This document shows positions 1 through 8,041 of a DNA stretch of 23,160 bases, one piece after another (position 1 is the stretch's first letter; each line of letters starts with the position of its first letter). Made by a program: the position numbers and the translations under genes. The DNA is taken from the IMG/VR virus record IMGVR_UViG_3300030116_005269, positions 62,001-85,160 of that record. One strand, 5' to 3'. Below the pieces are notes generated by a model that saw nothing but the letters and a program-made list of their open reading frames with translations, ran no database searches and was not told the DNA's origin. The DNA comes from an uncultured virus (IMG/VR IMGVR_UViG_3300030116_005269). Lineage: Duplodnaviria > Heunggongvirae > Uroviricota > Caudoviricetes.

Positions 1-27
1 GCTACCAAGATAGTTGGCTTTTTGTTT

Positions 28-678
28 TTAGCTCGAATATTTTATTTGGAAAACTATTGGTTTGTCGTCATCCGACTTTTCGCTATGTTCTCGTTTAGAC
101 CATTCTTTAGGATTTGATCGTTCAAGAAACCATGCACTAGCTTGCCATATACCATTTGAGGCAGCATCCGTGATTACAGCTAGGTGTGAGATCTCCCCAT
201 CTACCTTTGCTTTTTTTATAGACTCCCAAAATTCCCATAATTCCAGATCTTCAACATTTTTTATGTTATCTGGATTACCAGAACACGCTTCATCTATCTT
301 TGTTGCTTCTTGTTGCCAACGATAAAAGGTTGTAGAACTTATACCTGCAAAGGTTGCAGCCTTATTATTCGACAATCCAAGCTTTAGAGCCTTTACTAAG
401 TCCGTAAGCGTTTCTGTGGTCAATTTACTAGGTCTCCCTACTTCGTGTCCTACAATCTCAACCTCGACGGCGTCGTGATCAACTATATCGGTTTCCGGAA
501 GATCTACCTCTAGTTCATCAAATCCAATATCGTCGTCAATTACAACTTCGCTATCGGTTAGATCGGCCACTTCCTTACCGGAATAATCATTATCATTATT
601 ATCATTATTAGATAATCCTTCTACAACATCTCGTCTTTGATCAGGATCTTTGAACATATCTCTTATGTCATTATTCAT
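28..678 (-). CDS. Terminase small subunit-like HTH protein with acidic N-terminal extension
   Basis: GRPSKLT...AATFAGISSTTFYRW HTH followed by WQASAWFLERSNPKEW, a pattern typical of phage TerS-like proteins. Confidence 0.7.
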   Translation of the reverse strand: MNNDIRDMFKDPDQRRDVVEGLSNNDNNDNDYSGKEVADLTDSEVVIDDDIGFDELEVDLPETDIVDHDAVEVEIVGHEVGRPSKLTTETLTDLVKALKLGLSNNKAATFAGISSTTFYRWQQEATKIDEACSGNPDNIKNVEDLELWEFWESIKKAKVDGEISHLAVITDAASNGIWQASAWFLERSNPKEWSKREHSEKSDDDKPIVFQIKYSS

Positions 679-1245
679 ATAGTTAATAATACATTTATAC
701 TTGGATATTTAGTGCATATCTGCCGTTAGTCATAAAACCATTATTAATGTCGCGCGCTGCATAGAAAATTGGGGCAAAAAAATTTTTTTTGGTAAATATT
801 GGGCTATATGAGGGGAATAATGGGGGCTAGTAAGGAAAAAATCACAAGCCGGCTCGATTGTGAAAGGGGTGGCTAGAGTTAAGGTAAAGGAGGCCAAACC
901 CTCAACCCTAGCCAATATTGGTCGCAAGATGATCCTATTCTACTAGCTAGTAAGTGGGGTTATGGTATAGAAAAGGGGGTGTGTCCATGTACCCCCTCTT
1001 CATAACTTCCGTGACTGAAAGTTGATTCAATTATAAGATCAAAAAGCAAAAACAACAACAACTAAAGCATTTTTTATATGCGCATTTGCCGTTGCACTCA
1101 ATTTTCATTAAAAATTCTCGAGGGGTTATTTTAGATCACTATCGATTTCGGTAGCGATTTTTTAATGTACCCCCCCTATACCATAGGGGCTACGCCAAAG
1201 AATAAAAAAAAATATTATTATAAATTTTGTTTTATTGCGTATATG

Positions 1246-1265
1246 TGATATGCTTTTAGCAAGTA
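1246..1265 (+). promoter_or_regulatory. Putative extended -10 promoter of module 1
   Basis: TGaTATGCT-N6-AAGTA; same -10-N6-AAGTA geometry as the other module promoters. Confidence 0.45.
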
Positions 1266-1285
1266 TCGTAATTTGAAAGGAAATT

Positions 1286-1558
1286 ATGAAAGTAAGCAAA
1301 GGTCGGGGGCGACCTAAAAAATACCCTAATAAATTTATTTGGGTAATAGCCCCAAATAATGTGCTAACTCTAAAAATGGTGCGTTGGAACTCTTTTCGTA
1401 AAGCGTTTGTCGAAGTTTCCATTTTAGAAAATGGGGCGACCTATTTTGGAAAGCAAAAGCCAAAAGGCGTTGTTGTCTTTGAAAGTGTTGAACAAGCATT
1501 AGCTAATCAACCACGAGTAGAAGTTAATACGGAATATGTGCAAGTGGTGGGGCTATGA
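1286..1558 (+). CDS. Hypothetical protein with N-terminal AT-hook-like motif
   Basis: 90-aa ORF, RBS AAAGGA, KGRGRPKK motif. Confidence 0.75.
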   Translation: MKVSKGRGRPKKYPNKFIWVIAPNNVLTLKMVRWNSFRKAFVEVSILENGATYFGKQKPKGVVVFESVEQALANQPRVEVNTEYVQVVGL

Positions 1559-2031
1559 GTTCCACCACCCGCAAAGCTCATAAGAGTAATAAAAAGCTCA
1601 AAGCATATATTCCCGAGCTACGCCAACAATTCTACAATGTGGAACAATTCAAAGACCATAAACCACATATAGCAAATGAGGAATTTTTTAGAAATATGAA
1701 AAGTTCTAAAGTCCGTACTTTGTCTATGCAAAGGGTGGGGCTTATGGGTTGTGCTATTAAGGTGACATATTTTGGTTATATAAATGTTAAAGGGGAACAA
1801 ACAACCCCCGATAGCGTTTATATGTACGAAGTCCCTACTTTATCCGTTTGGGTTGATATTAGAAAAGCAATCTTGAACGGCTCTAGTATCGGGACAACAC
1901 TTGGGCGACACTTAACAAATATGAGAGAGATTGAAAGAAACGGGGAAATAATAAAAGAATATCCTTTTAAATATTCCAAGTTCAACAATGAAACTCAATC
2001 TTGGGAAGTTGGGAAACAATGGAAATCTTAA
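1555..2031 (+). CDS. Hypothetical protein, possible divergent KTSC-like domain
   Basis: ATGA overlap with upstream gene; SSKVRTL...YMYEVP..VW...A...SSIGTTL resembles the KTSC pattern. Confidence 0.6.
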   Translation: MSSTTRKAHKSNKKLKAYIPELRQQFYNVEQFKDHKPHIANEEFFRNMKSSKVRTLSMQRVGLMGCAIKVTYFGYINVKGEQTTPDSVYMYEVPTLSVWVDIRKAILNGSSIGTTLGRHLTNMREIERNGEIIKEYPFKYSKFNNETQSWEVGKQWKS

Positions 2032-2201
2032 CCGACCAAGAATTTCTACAATGGTACGGGCGAACTCTTTTAAAGGGTTTGCTCGGTATCTCTTTCGCTT
2101 GGGTGCTTATTGAGTACCTTTGGGAAAATAGAGAGTACTTTAAATTAATGGCTAAGGGGGATTATCATGGGGCTATTCGCCACAATAAAAATTCTAATTG
2201 A
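2019..2201 (+). CDS. Small membrane protein
   Basis: ATG at 2019; one hydrophobic segment LLKGLLGISFAWVLIEYLW. Confidence 0.6.
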   Translation: MEILTDQEFLQWYGRTLLKGLLGISFAWVLIEYLWENREYFKLMAKGDYHGAIRHNKNSN

Positions 2202-2248
2202 GCCAAACAAAAGACCACCTAAGAAAAAAAAGAAGTAAGCACAAAGAC

Positions 2249-2285
2249 AAACCCCCCGAGAAAATCGGGGGGTTTTCTTTTTTTT
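2249..2285. terminator. Bidirectional intrinsic terminator
   Basis: AAACCCCCCGA-GAAAA-TCGGGGGGTTT plus T tract, between convergent genes. Confidence 0.85.
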
Positions 2286-2313
2286 CTAGGGATCTAGATC
2301 TAGTTCCGCTAAA

Positions 2314-2703
2314 TTACCAACCTATGTCGTACTTATCAAATAAGTAATCGTAAGCCAACCCGCCAAGCTCTAGCCATTTCTCGTGAGTGACTAGGGTTTT
2401 AATTAAGTAGCAATCTTTTAATTTGTTTTCTCGGCTAAGCTCGGCGTAAGGTACGCACATTAAACGGTGGCTTTCTCTTTTCTCTTTTGTATATCCACCC
2501 TTTACCTCGTAGCCCTCACTAAGTAAAAACCACAACTCGTTAACCGCACCAATCCAAAAAGAGTGTATACGGTCGGCTAGTTGTTCCATTGTGGCGTTGT
2601 CCTCACTTGTTAGGATTGCTTCCAAACTGTATTCCGTTGAGAACGCCCCCCAATCGATTACATTTCCTTTTATAGTCTTTTTTAGTCTTTTGTCCATATT
2701 CAT
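2314..2703 (-). CDS. RyR (ryanodine receptor repeat)-like domain protein
   Basis: EQLADRIHSFW ... H.LMCVPYAELSRENKLKD matches the LA..H..W / VPY.EL....K.KD pattern. Confidence 0.65.
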   Translation of the reverse strand: MNMDKRLKKTIKGNVIDWGAFSTEYSLEAILTSEDNATMEQLADRIHSFWIGAVNELWFLLSEGYEVKGGYTKEKRESHRLMCVPYAELSRENKLKDCYLIKTLVTHEKWLELGGLAYDYLFDKYDIGW

Positions 2704-2831
2704 TATTTTTGTTTCCTTTTCTCTCTTGTACTTATTACTAGCGACAAGTTTTTAAAAATTTGGCGAAAATACCAAATTATTTTAAATTTTTTTGTACTTC
2801 TTAGACTTTCGCCTAAAATGTTCATTTTCAT
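2703..2831 (-). CDS. Possible 42-aa basic peptide (MKMNILGESLRSTKKFKIIW...)
   Basis: RBS AAGGA; open frame ending in a TAATG stop/start overlap with the RyR-like gene; below ORF-track cutoff. Confidence 0.35.
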   Translation of the reverse strand: MKMNILGESLRSTKKFKIIWYFRQIFKNLSLVISTREKRKQK

Positions 2832-2880
2832 AATTTCCTTATTTTTATTGTTTCCTTACTAATTACTAGTGACAAGTTTT
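2729..2880 (-). repeat. Duplicated 24-bp promoter-like element AAAACTTGTCRCTAGTAATWAGTA
   Basis: Copies at 2729-2752 and 2857-2880, 22/24 identical, each directly upstream of an RBS and ATG. Confidence 0.7.
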
Positions 2881-2950
2881 AGAGAATTTGAGCTTTTTTT
2901 TAAATTTTTTTAAATTTTTTTTTTGATATATTTTGTAGGTCTTTTCATTT

Positions 2951-3020
2951 TCAATGTAGGCATTTTCAATCTCGTATTTTTATTTATTTTTTTGTTCATT
3001 AACGGAAATTTTCAATCTCG
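2951..3020 (+). repeat. Junction motif, two tandem copies
   Basis: TCAAT-GTAGGC-ATTTTCAATCTCG (2951-2974) and CATTA-ACGGAA-ATTTTCAATCTCG (2997-3020). Confidence 0.9.
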
Positions 3021-3065
3021 TTTTTTGTTTAGTAGATTCCCGGAAATAATAATTTTGTTAAAAGC

Positions 3066-3094
3066 TTGACGATCTAGCTTCGCTAGATCATAAT
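3066..3094 (+). promoter_or_regulatory. Sigma70-type promoter with palindrome in the spacer
   Basis: TTGACG-17-CATAAT; perfect inverted repeat GATCTAGC-TTC-GCTAGATC at 3071-3089. Confidence 0.65.
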
Positions 3095-3123
3095 TTTTAT
3101 ATGGTATCGAATAGGAGGAAAAT

Positions 3124-3690
3124 ATGAAACCATTAGGCGACTTAATAGAAGTCGGCGAAGAACTAGATGGGGCAACTATTTGTGATTGGTGCAACGGTGT
3201 CTTTAAAGGGGACGGAAATCTAGAGCGTTGTAATGAGTGCTTAATTCAAAATATGGATGAAAAAGATATTTTGAGATTGTATTTTAGGCGTTGTGATTAT
3301 TGTTCAGGTGGTGCATCCAATATCGGTGTTGTTGATGGTTGTCTTTATGTTTGTGAAAATTGTTTTACAGATTGGATAATTGATGAAACTATATCTCACA
3401 CTAAAGATAACAATAAATCATTTTTGGAAAGTGATAAAAAACAAGATTGGATATTAGATGTTAATGACCAAATCCGTTCCGGGTATAATATCGAAGACAC
3501 ATGGGAATGTGAACTTTACTCTAAAAACGGAGCAACATTTAACTGCCATGAAATTAGGTATAAAGTCCGTAAAGGCAAAGTTGTAGTTATAACTCAATAT
3601 GAAGAAGATGACCAAATACAAGATTTTGTTTGGCATAATCATGATGAGTGTTGGGGCGAATATCTAAATTTCGGTTGTTCAAATACATGA
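3124..3690 (+). CDS. Cys-rich putative zinc-binding hypothetical protein
   Basis: RBS AGGAGG; four CxxC pairs (CDWC, CNEC, CDYC, CENC). Confidence 0.8.
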   Translation: MKPLGDLIEVGEELDGATICDWCNGVFKGDGNLERCNECLIQNMDEKDILRLYFRRCDYCSGGASNIGVVDGCLYVCENCFTDWIIDETISHTKDNNKSFLESDKKQDWILDVNDQIRSGYNIEDTWECELYSKNGATFNCHEIRYKVRKGKVVVITQYEEDDQIQDFVWHNHDECWGEYLNFGCSNT

Positions 3691-3717
3691 TCACAATCAG
3701 CTAAATTGTAGGGGGGG

Positions 3718-3727
3718 NNNNNNNNNN
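3718..3727. other. Assembly gap (10 N), probably inside a terminator hairpin
   Basis: G7 run, then Ns, then a T tract just after the 3124-3690 stop codon. Confidence 0.8.
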
Positions 3728-3743
3728 TCTTTTTTTTCAAAGA

Positions 3744-3767
3744 CATTATTGCAAATTTTCAATCTGC
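3744..3767 (+). repeat. Junction motif copy
   Basis: CATTA-TTGCAA-ATTTTCAATCTGC. Confidence 0.85.
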
Positions 3768-3804
3768 TTTTTGCAGGGATCAATTTTTTACACCAAAAGA
3801 AAAA

Positions 3805-3822
3805 CCCTGCACAATGGCAGGG
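3805..3822 (-). terminator. Intrinsic terminator of the ArdC-like module
   Basis: CCCTGC-ACAATG-GCAGGG with an A tract on the left (U tract on the minus strand). Confidence 0.75.
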
Positions 3823-3847
3823 CTTCTCTTATGTCAGGGCACGGGGG

Positions 3848-4747
3848 TTAAATTTTTAACTCATCAATTATTTTTGTAGCTGTTTCAAAAATGTCATTTA
3901 ATGAATTTCTAAATAAAGATTTAGTTTTGCCGTCTCCCCAGCCATCAATATATTTGATGTTAAAGTCTTCACAGTCAAGCCCATAAAATTGGCTAACAAT
4001 ATAAGCTACACTTTCAGCTTCAACTTCAGCAATATCTCGGCATTCTTTATAATTAATTTTTTCATGCATCAATTTGTGGGCTAACTCGTGCAATGAAACT
4101 GATGCTTTCATTTTCATATCAAGCCCTTCTTGAATTTGAATTAATTTATTTTCAAAAAGTGTAAAGCCGTTGGAAGCATCACGGTAATTTTTAACAATGA
4201 ACTGCCAACCATCAGCTTCAACATAATTTTTTACGGCATTGAATATGTCAGCCCCTTCTGTACCTTTTAATTTTTTTGGTAGTCGTGGGTCTTCAACTGC
4301 TATGCCATCATCGTTTAATGGCTCAGTGTCGGTTATGTCAAACACATGATATGCCCAGAAGGTTGTATAGCTAACCTGTAGGTCTTCCTCTTCCTTCTTG
4401 CTCTCAACTTTTATATTTTTTTGAATTGGTCTAATTTGTTCAATTCTTGTTGGTCGGGTACGCTCAACGCATGAGCAGTCAACATTTTTAAATGCCCTGC
4501 AAACAGTACAAGCTACAACAATACGGTTTTTTTCAATCCATTGTTTATAAGTAGCTACTATTTGAGCATCGGGCTTCGTAAAGTAAATTAACATTGTATT
4601 GTTAAAACTTCTGCCCTGATAAAAGCCCGACATATAATTTAAAAATTGTTTTAGCTGTTCCTGATCAACAACAACGGAAGACAGTTTTTTGTCTAAGCCA
4701 TCAACAATTCCTTTTACAATTTCCTTATTGGAAACTTTATTTTTCAT
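3848..4747 (-). CDS. ArdC-like protein: ssDNA-binding N-terminal domain plus ImmA/IrrE-type metallopeptidase domain (putative anti-restriction)
   Basis: SFNNTMLI...VATYKQW...R and VFDITDT; HELAH zinc motif followed by EVEAESVAY and YIDGW; RBS GGAGG. Confidence 0.8.
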   Translation of the reverse strand: MKNKVSNKEIVKGIVDGLDKKLSSVVVDQEQLKQFLNYMSGFYQGRSFNNTMLIYFTKPDAQIVATYKQWIEKNRIVVACTVCRAFKNVDCSCVERTRPTRIEQIRPIQKNIKVESKKEEEDLQVSYTTFWAYHVFDITDTEPLNDDGIAVEDPRLPKKLKGTEGADIFNAVKNYVEADGWQFIVKNYRDASNGFTLFENKLIQIQEGLDMKMKASVSLHELAHKLMHEKINYKECRDIAEVEAESVAYIVSQFYGLDCEDFNIKYIDGWGDGKTKSLFRNSLNDIFETATKIIDELKI

Positions 4748-4764
4748 AGTTCCTCCCTGAACAA

Positions 4765-4804
4765 TACTTAATTAAATTATAAACTAACTAAGAATTATTT
4801 GCAA
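4765..4804 (-). promoter_or_regulatory. Module promoter
   Basis: TTGCAA-17-TATAAT-N6-AAGTA on the minus strand. Confidence 0.8.
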
Positions 4805-4829
4805 ATCTCGGCTATGCAGTTTTAAAAAC

Positions 4830-4853
4830 CGAGATTGAGATTAAATTTTAATG
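4830..4853 (-). repeat. Junction motif copy, inverted
   Basis: Plus strand reads CGAGATTGAGATT-AAATTT-TAATG. Confidence 0.8.
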
Positions 4854-4897
4854 TTAATGAGTAGTTGTAAGCCCGTATTTATTTTTCTCTTTAGTTT

Positions 4898-4921
4898 CAT
4901 TAATGCACATTTTCAATCTCG
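4898..4921 (+). repeat. Junction motif copy
   Basis: CATTA-ATGCAC-ATTTTCAATCTCG. Confidence 0.9.
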
Positions 4922-4930
4922 TTTTGGCAC

Positions 4931-4958
4931 AAAAAAAACGGGGAGCAAAGTCCCCGTT
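4931..4958 (-). terminator. Intrinsic terminator
   Basis: AACGGGGA-GCAAAG-TCCCCGTT preceded by an A tract. Confidence 0.85.
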
Positions 4959-4973
4959 AATTTTTTTAATTAT

Positions 4974-5609
4974 TTATGCACACTTATTGCATACTTCATC
5001 TTGATACTCTAACCCAAACATTGTACGAATAATTTTATTCGGCACAAATGACACTTCGCAACGCATACAATCAGTTAGATCATTGTCCGTAGTTTTCTTT
5101 GGTAATTCTAAGATCGTATGTGTGTACTTTGCACTAGACGGATAAAAGAAAGATTTTGCAACTTCTCTATTTAAAAAGATACAATTTTTATCCATACCTA
5201 ACATTATGGATATACCTTCTCTTCTATACGGCATAATGTATTTATCAGGTGCCACTTCAATAACTGCTTTTCTTAGCTTTCTTTTATTGCTTTTATACTC
5301 TTTGTATCTATCAAGCAACATATCGGCTAATACATTATTTTCAACATTGCGAATATCTAACCGCTTCCAATCCCAATCGTACAACGCACTTCTAAAAACA
5401 ATATTAAAATCGTTTTTGTTATTACGGGTAAATTGAAACTCTCCTGATAATATACCTGTAAATATACTACGGATAGCATCATCTTTGCTATCAAAGTTGC
5501 CACCTAGTAAATGTGTTTTTACTGGTACGGTATCGTTATTAACTTTACCTCTAGCTACTATTTGATTATCTTTATTTACACTTATGTATTGTGTTTTAAA
5601 ATGACTCAT
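4974..5609 (-). CDS. Hypothetical protein with C-terminal CxxC pair
   Basis: Start moved to ATG at 5609 (MSHFKTQ), which follows RBS AGGAG and the promoter. Confidence 0.8.
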   Translation of the reverse strand: MSHFKTQYISVNKDNQIVARGKVNNDTVPVKTHLLGGNFDSKDDAIRSIFTGILSGEFQFTRNNKNDFNIVFRSALYDWDWKRLDIRNVENNVLADMLLDRYKEYKSNKRKLRKAVIEVAPDKYIMPYRREGISIMLGMDKNCIFLNREVAKSFFYPSSAKYTHTILELPKKTTDNDLTDCMRCEVSFVPNKIIRTMFGLEYQDEVCNKCA

Positions 5610-5629
5610 TTTAACTCCTAACTTTTCAA

Positions 5630-5668
5630 TACTTATAAACATTATAACTGCATATCGCACTTATGCAA
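5630..5668 (-). promoter_or_regulatory. Module promoter
   Basis: TTGCAT-16-TATAAT-N6-AAGTA on the minus strand. Confidence 0.8.
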
Positions 5669-5688
5669 CTTAAATATAAAAATGGGAT

Positions 5689-5828
5689 CGGGATTGAGTT
5701 TTAATGTTAATGAGATGGTCATGTACTTTGACGGCCATATTTGCATATCTTTTTGGTTTCATTAATTGAGATTCTCAATCTCGTTTTAGGGATCACGATC
5801 CAAATGGGATTGAAAAAATCTTTTAATG
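5689..5828. repeat. Three junction motif copies (inverted, forward, inverted) between divergent promoters
   Basis: CGGGATTGAGTTT-TAATGT-TAATG (5689-5712); CATTA-ATTGAG-ATTCTCAATCTCG (5760-5783); TGGGATTGAAAAA-ATCTTT-TAATG (5805-5828). Confidence 0.85.
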
Positions 5829-5831
5829 TAT

Positions 5832-5870
5832 TTGCATATCTTTGCTATGCGACTACTATAAGAGTAAGTA
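5832..5870 (+). promoter_or_regulatory. Module promoter
   Basis: TTGCAT-16-TACTAT-N6-AAGTA. Confidence 0.75.
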
Positions 5871-5892
5871 TTGGACGAAAGTTAGGAAAACA

Positions 5893-6150
5893 ATGTTAAG
5901 TGCAAACGGACTTTTCATAATGTTTATCTTTGGTATAGGTGTTGGAATCGCTATTGAGGGATTCCTTAACCTAAGAAAGCTTAGACAAATTGAAAAACAA
6001 AATGGAATGACTATTGAAGATCTACAAGATAGCTATAACTTTGCTATCGGTCTTTTATACGAAAACGATGTAGAAAAATTACAAAACTATGTATTTATGA
6101 CTACACAAGAGGAAAAAATTGCTTATAGAAAAGAGATTGGAAATGAGTGA
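5893..6150 (+). CDS. Small protein with N-terminal transmembrane helix
   Basis: ATG at 5893 after AGGA; LFIMFIFGIGVGIAIEGFL. Confidence 0.75.
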   Translation: MLSANGLFIMFIFGIGVGIAIEGFLNLRKLRQIEKQNGMTIEDLQDSYNFAIGLLYENDVEKLQNYVFMTTQEEKIAYRKEIGNE

Positions 6151-6352
6151 TAATGACAACCTAAAAACTTTCCACTTTGAAATCAAGTACACGGACTTTT
6201 ATCAAGCCCGAGCTAGATCTAAAGAGGAAGTACAAAAAATGATTGATGATGGTGTTTTAGAGCCATACGATAGCCAATCAAGTACAACGGACATTGAACA
6301 ACTCAAATGTCAAGAGTGTATTGAGGAAGTTAAGGAGCGAGAAGATCAATGA
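6143..6352 (+). CDS. Hypothetical protein
   Basis: ATG at 6143 overlapping the end of the upstream gene; ATGA overlap with the downstream gene. Confidence 0.7.
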   Translation: MSDNDNLKTFHFEIKYTDFYQARARSKEEVQKMIDDGVLEPYDSQSSTTDIEQLKCQECIEEVKEREDQ

Positions 6353-6810
6353 AATACTTTAGAAAACTTTTTAAAAAGATTCAAAAGGGGTCTTTGAGGG
6401 ACTTATCTATCTATTGGAAAGAAAGCGACTTAGATGCCGTTGAGGATAGAGTTGACTACATTACTAACCAACGAGATAATAGTGAAGAGTTTGATGCAGG
6501 TTATTATCAGGGTCAAAAGAATATGATTCGTGTTATTAATGAGTTGCTTAAATTCTATCAAACTCCAATAGATAACATTATTGAGTATATGTATCGTGAT
6601 GAAAAGAAACATAGTCAAGAAGAGTGTGGCATGGACTTTGACGATCAAGATCTAATTAACGCCGTAGTTAATTATAAAAACCATAGCGAGTGGGTTATGA
6701 GTGGTCTAGTTGAAGTAGAAGATCACATTTTCATATCCATATTGAAATTAAAATATCCACAAGAGTTTGTAGATATGAATTTATTTAAAGGGTACGGGAT
6801 AGAAGTTTAA
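6349..6810 (+). CDS. Hypothetical protein
   Basis: 153-aa ORF, translationally coupled, followed by a terminator. Confidence 0.8.
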   Translation: MKYFRKLFKKIQKGSLRDLSIYWKESDLDAVEDRVDYITNQRDNSEEFDAGYYQGQKNMIRVINELLKFYQTPIDNIIEYMYRDEKKHSQEECGMDFDDQDLINAVVNYKNHSEWVMSGLVEVEDHIFISILKLKYPQEFVDMNLFKGYGIEV

Positions 6811-6840
6811 TCATCTATCCTAACGGAACGATACTAAGAG

Positions 6841-6870
6841 AGTGGGGGTTAATTCCCCCACTTTTTTTTT
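6841..6870 (+). terminator. Intrinsic terminator
   Basis: AGTGGGGG-TTAATT-CCCCCACT plus T tract. Confidence 0.9.
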
Positions 6871-6905
6871 GCTTTGATTTTCTCTTTTGCTTTTTTTTTC
6901 CATTT

Positions 6906-6929
6906 CATTATGGCAAATTTTCAATCTCG
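6906..6929 (+). repeat. Junction motif copy
   Basis: CATTA-TGGCAA-ATTTTCAATCTCG. Confidence 0.9.
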
Positions 6930-6978
6930 TTTTCCAGATCAATCGAATCTATGGATTACAAGAAATCTAAAACTTGTG

Positions 6979-7017
6979 TTGCATATCGTTGTAATGCGTC
7001 TAAAATGGTTTTAAGTA
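6979..7017 (+). promoter_or_regulatory. Module promoter
   Basis: TTGCAT-16-TAAAAT-N6-AAGTA. Confidence 0.8.
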
Positions 7018-7038
7018 TTGTTTAGGAAAGGACAAATA

Positions 7039-7710
7039 ATGAAACTAGTAGTTAAATACATAGTTGAAATTGACGGACAAATTAAAGAGGAAAAAAATAT
7101 TGTTGAAGTTGATTTACCTTATGGACAAATTGACGAGGACGATAGCCGTAAAATAAATCCCGAAACTTCTAACGACTTATTAAGCGTTATGAGTAGAGGA
7201 AATATTTATGTGGGCGACGATATTGAGTTTCAAAATCTTACAAAAGAAATTGAAAGTCAAGAAATAATACCCGACTTAAAAATTGGTTTGTGTTCTAACG
7301 GACATATATTGAGAGCCGATTATGGAACGGGTGACTATTTCCACCTCTTTAAAGAGGATAGAGAGTGGTTTGATAAGATTGAACATATTTGGAATAGGGA
7401 ATTTAATTATGTTCACGAGGTTAAGAACAAAGCCGACGATTATTTAGTAGATAATCCAAACCCGACCAAAAATTGCTTACCTACAAATGTTATGGATTGT
7501 GCTTTTTGTGGTTGTAATGAGTATTACTTATTAAAAGACCTAATGACACAAGATTTCCAAGATAATGGTTTTGATAATATCCAAAGCTATAACGAGGTAT
7601 CTTTGGACGAGATTAAGGGTGAGTGTCTTACTTTTCACAAGTACGATAGTGCTATTAGTGAGAGTGGTTATTTGGAAAGAATTAGGAAAGAAAATGGCTT
7701 TAAAGAATAA
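7039..7710 (+). CDS. Acidic hypothetical protein
   Basis: ATG at 7039 after AAAGGA; CSNGH and CAFCGC motifs. Confidence 0.8.
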   Translation: MKLVVKYIVEIDGQIKEEKNIVEVDLPYGQIDEDDSRKINPETSNDLLSVMSRGNIYVGDDIEFQNLTKEIESQEIIPDLKIGLCSNGHILRADYGTGDYFHLFKEDREWFDKIEHIWNREFNYVHEVKNKADDYLVDNPNPTKNCLPTNVMDCAFCGCNEYYLLKDLMTQDFQDNGFDNIQSYNEVSLDEIKGECLTFHKYDSAISESGYLERIRKENGFKE

Positions 7711-8041
7711 TCTTAAATTACAACACACTTGCTTGGGTTGTCATAAAAAGATAAGTACCAAGCAAATCAATACCCATACTCAAATGGGATTTTGTGATCA
7801 TTGTGGCGAGTACCCTTATGTTGTTGCAAGAGTAAATGCAAAAGGGGAATTACTAGGTGAGTACAACGATATAAGTTGTTCTTTTTGTAAAAAGAATAAT
7901 CGTTTCTACTTTCCTTATCGCATTATGGAACAAGTAAAAAAATGTAAGGGTTGTGGCGAGATAGCCGTAATCATTGACGAAACTTTTGTGCAAGAGTATC
8001 TCAATGACCTACAAGAGAATTTGCACATTATAAGGGGGTGA
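7694..8041 (+). CDS. Double zinc-ribbon-like hypothetical protein
   Basis: ATG at 7694 after AGGAAAG; CLGC, CDHC, CSFC, CKGC. Confidence 0.75.
   Translation: MALKNNLKLQHTCLGCHKKISTKQINTHTQMGFCDHCGEYPYVVARVNAKGELLGEYNDISCSFCKKNNRFYFPYRIMEQVKKCKGCGEIAVIIDETFVQEYLNDLQENLHIIRG

Noticed and set aside
585..612. ATCATT tandem repeat
   Set aside because: It encodes the NNDNND low-complexity stretch of the TerS-like protein.
1083..1120. Possible junction motif copy before module 1
   Set aside because: Only fragments (CTCAAT, CATTA, ATTCTCG) with the wrong spacing.
3711..3737. G7-N10-T tract as a phase-variable element
   Set aside because: It is an assembly gap, most simply within a GC-rich terminator hairpin; adjacency across the gap should be verified.
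5760..5783. Junction motif as a Fur box
   Set aside because: ATTCTCAAT resembles a Fur half-site and this one copy is locally palindromic, but the other copies lack the symmetric half.
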